64,000 nt of DNA, from contig NC_087437.1 of assembly GCF_036321535.1 (NCBI RefSeq), positions 19,284,001 to 19,348,000 on the forward strand, given 5' to 3'. The notes under the pieces are model-generated. The model saw nothing but the letters and a program-made list of their open reading frames with translations, ran no database searches and was not told the origin of the DNA. A program made the translations under genes and the position numbers. Shown one piece after another: positions 63,306-64,000 of the stretch. Positions within the stretch are counted from its first letter, which is position 1, and each line of letters begins with the position of its first letter. This DNA comes from Camelus dromedarius (Eukaryota).

Positions 63306-64000
63306 CATGAAACAATGTATATAAAGCTTGTGATAGCAGATGCTTCTCATGGCATGAGAATTGTTTGTGCATGTGCTCACCTCTGATGCTAGACTGTGGC
63401 TCCTCACAGTCAGGACAGGATTTTCAACATGGTGGGTAACCAGGAAATATTTCCTGGCAAAGACCACTCAGGTGGGAGCTGCCTGATTTCAGCCTCTGAG
63501 GTCAACACCTTCTTGTGGAATTTTCTAGAGACCCACTAGGACATTTTGCAGTGGCCCCTGCTCTCCTGAGTCTGTGCATGTTCATTTCAGTGAAAAGCTG
63601 GTCTTCATAGAAGATGATTCTCATCTTTTGTGAATTAAGACTGGGATTTTTCCATTGTAAAATGACTATAACTCAATTAAAAATATAAAAACAAACAAAC
63701 AAACAAAGACTGGGATTTTTCCTAATCTTTACAATTTATGGAATCAAGATTTCCTAAAAGATGTCTAAATTTAACATTACCTGAGCGCTTTTAGAACACA
63801 CGCCTTCTGTTACACATCCCTGTCTCCCTGATTCAAGTTACATGGTGGTGTGTCATTTTCTAGGCTCGTTCCCCTCCTCTTCACCACTCAGTCACAAATC
63901 TGGTCTGCTTCCTGCTCTGGACCGCCCCCTGGCCACCCTTCTTGGCACTGTGCTTGCATCTTCCCGGGCCACTGCAACCACTTCATTAGTTCTCTGACAT

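Noticed and set aside
1..64000. Prokaryotic-type systems (CRISPR, operons, defence islands) or a novel multi-gene system
   Set aside because: The sequence is explained by two spliced mammalian genes plus interspersed repeats. No array or long unexplained coding region was seen.

Overview
Mammalian genomic DNA, not prokaryotic. It is most likely a camelid: it carries seven tRNA-Ala(AGC)-derived vic-1-like SINEs, shows no recognisable Alu, B1, Bov-A/BovB or PRE-1 elements, and encodes a pig-like RBP2 protein. The window matches the COPB2-RBP2 interval (human 3q23). The minus strand holds the 5' end of COPB2 (CpG-island promoter, ATG-only coding exon 1, exons 2-3, and exon 4 running off the left edge). 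It also holds RBP2/CRBP-II exons 2-4 with a polyA signal; exon 1 was not found and presumably lies beyond 64000. The rest is intergenic or intronic, with SINEs, L1/L2/MIR relics, solo LTRs, DNA-transposon MITEs and microsatellites. Almost all ORFs in the supplied track are spurious. I found no evidence of a new biological system. The best leads are regulatory or retrotransposition oddities: a dense DR4/DR2 + 3xTCF + AP-1 cluster in RBP2 intron 2, an enterocyte-type HNF4/CDX/GATA cluster in intron 1, a UPRE/GASE-containing COPB2 promoter, a SINE with a triplicated TSD, a tailless L1 fragment between 5-bp repeats, and a MER53 with an intact miR-1302 seed. Repeat family names and ortholog comparisons come from memory of consensus sequences, not from searches. 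Boundaries of old repeats are approximate.
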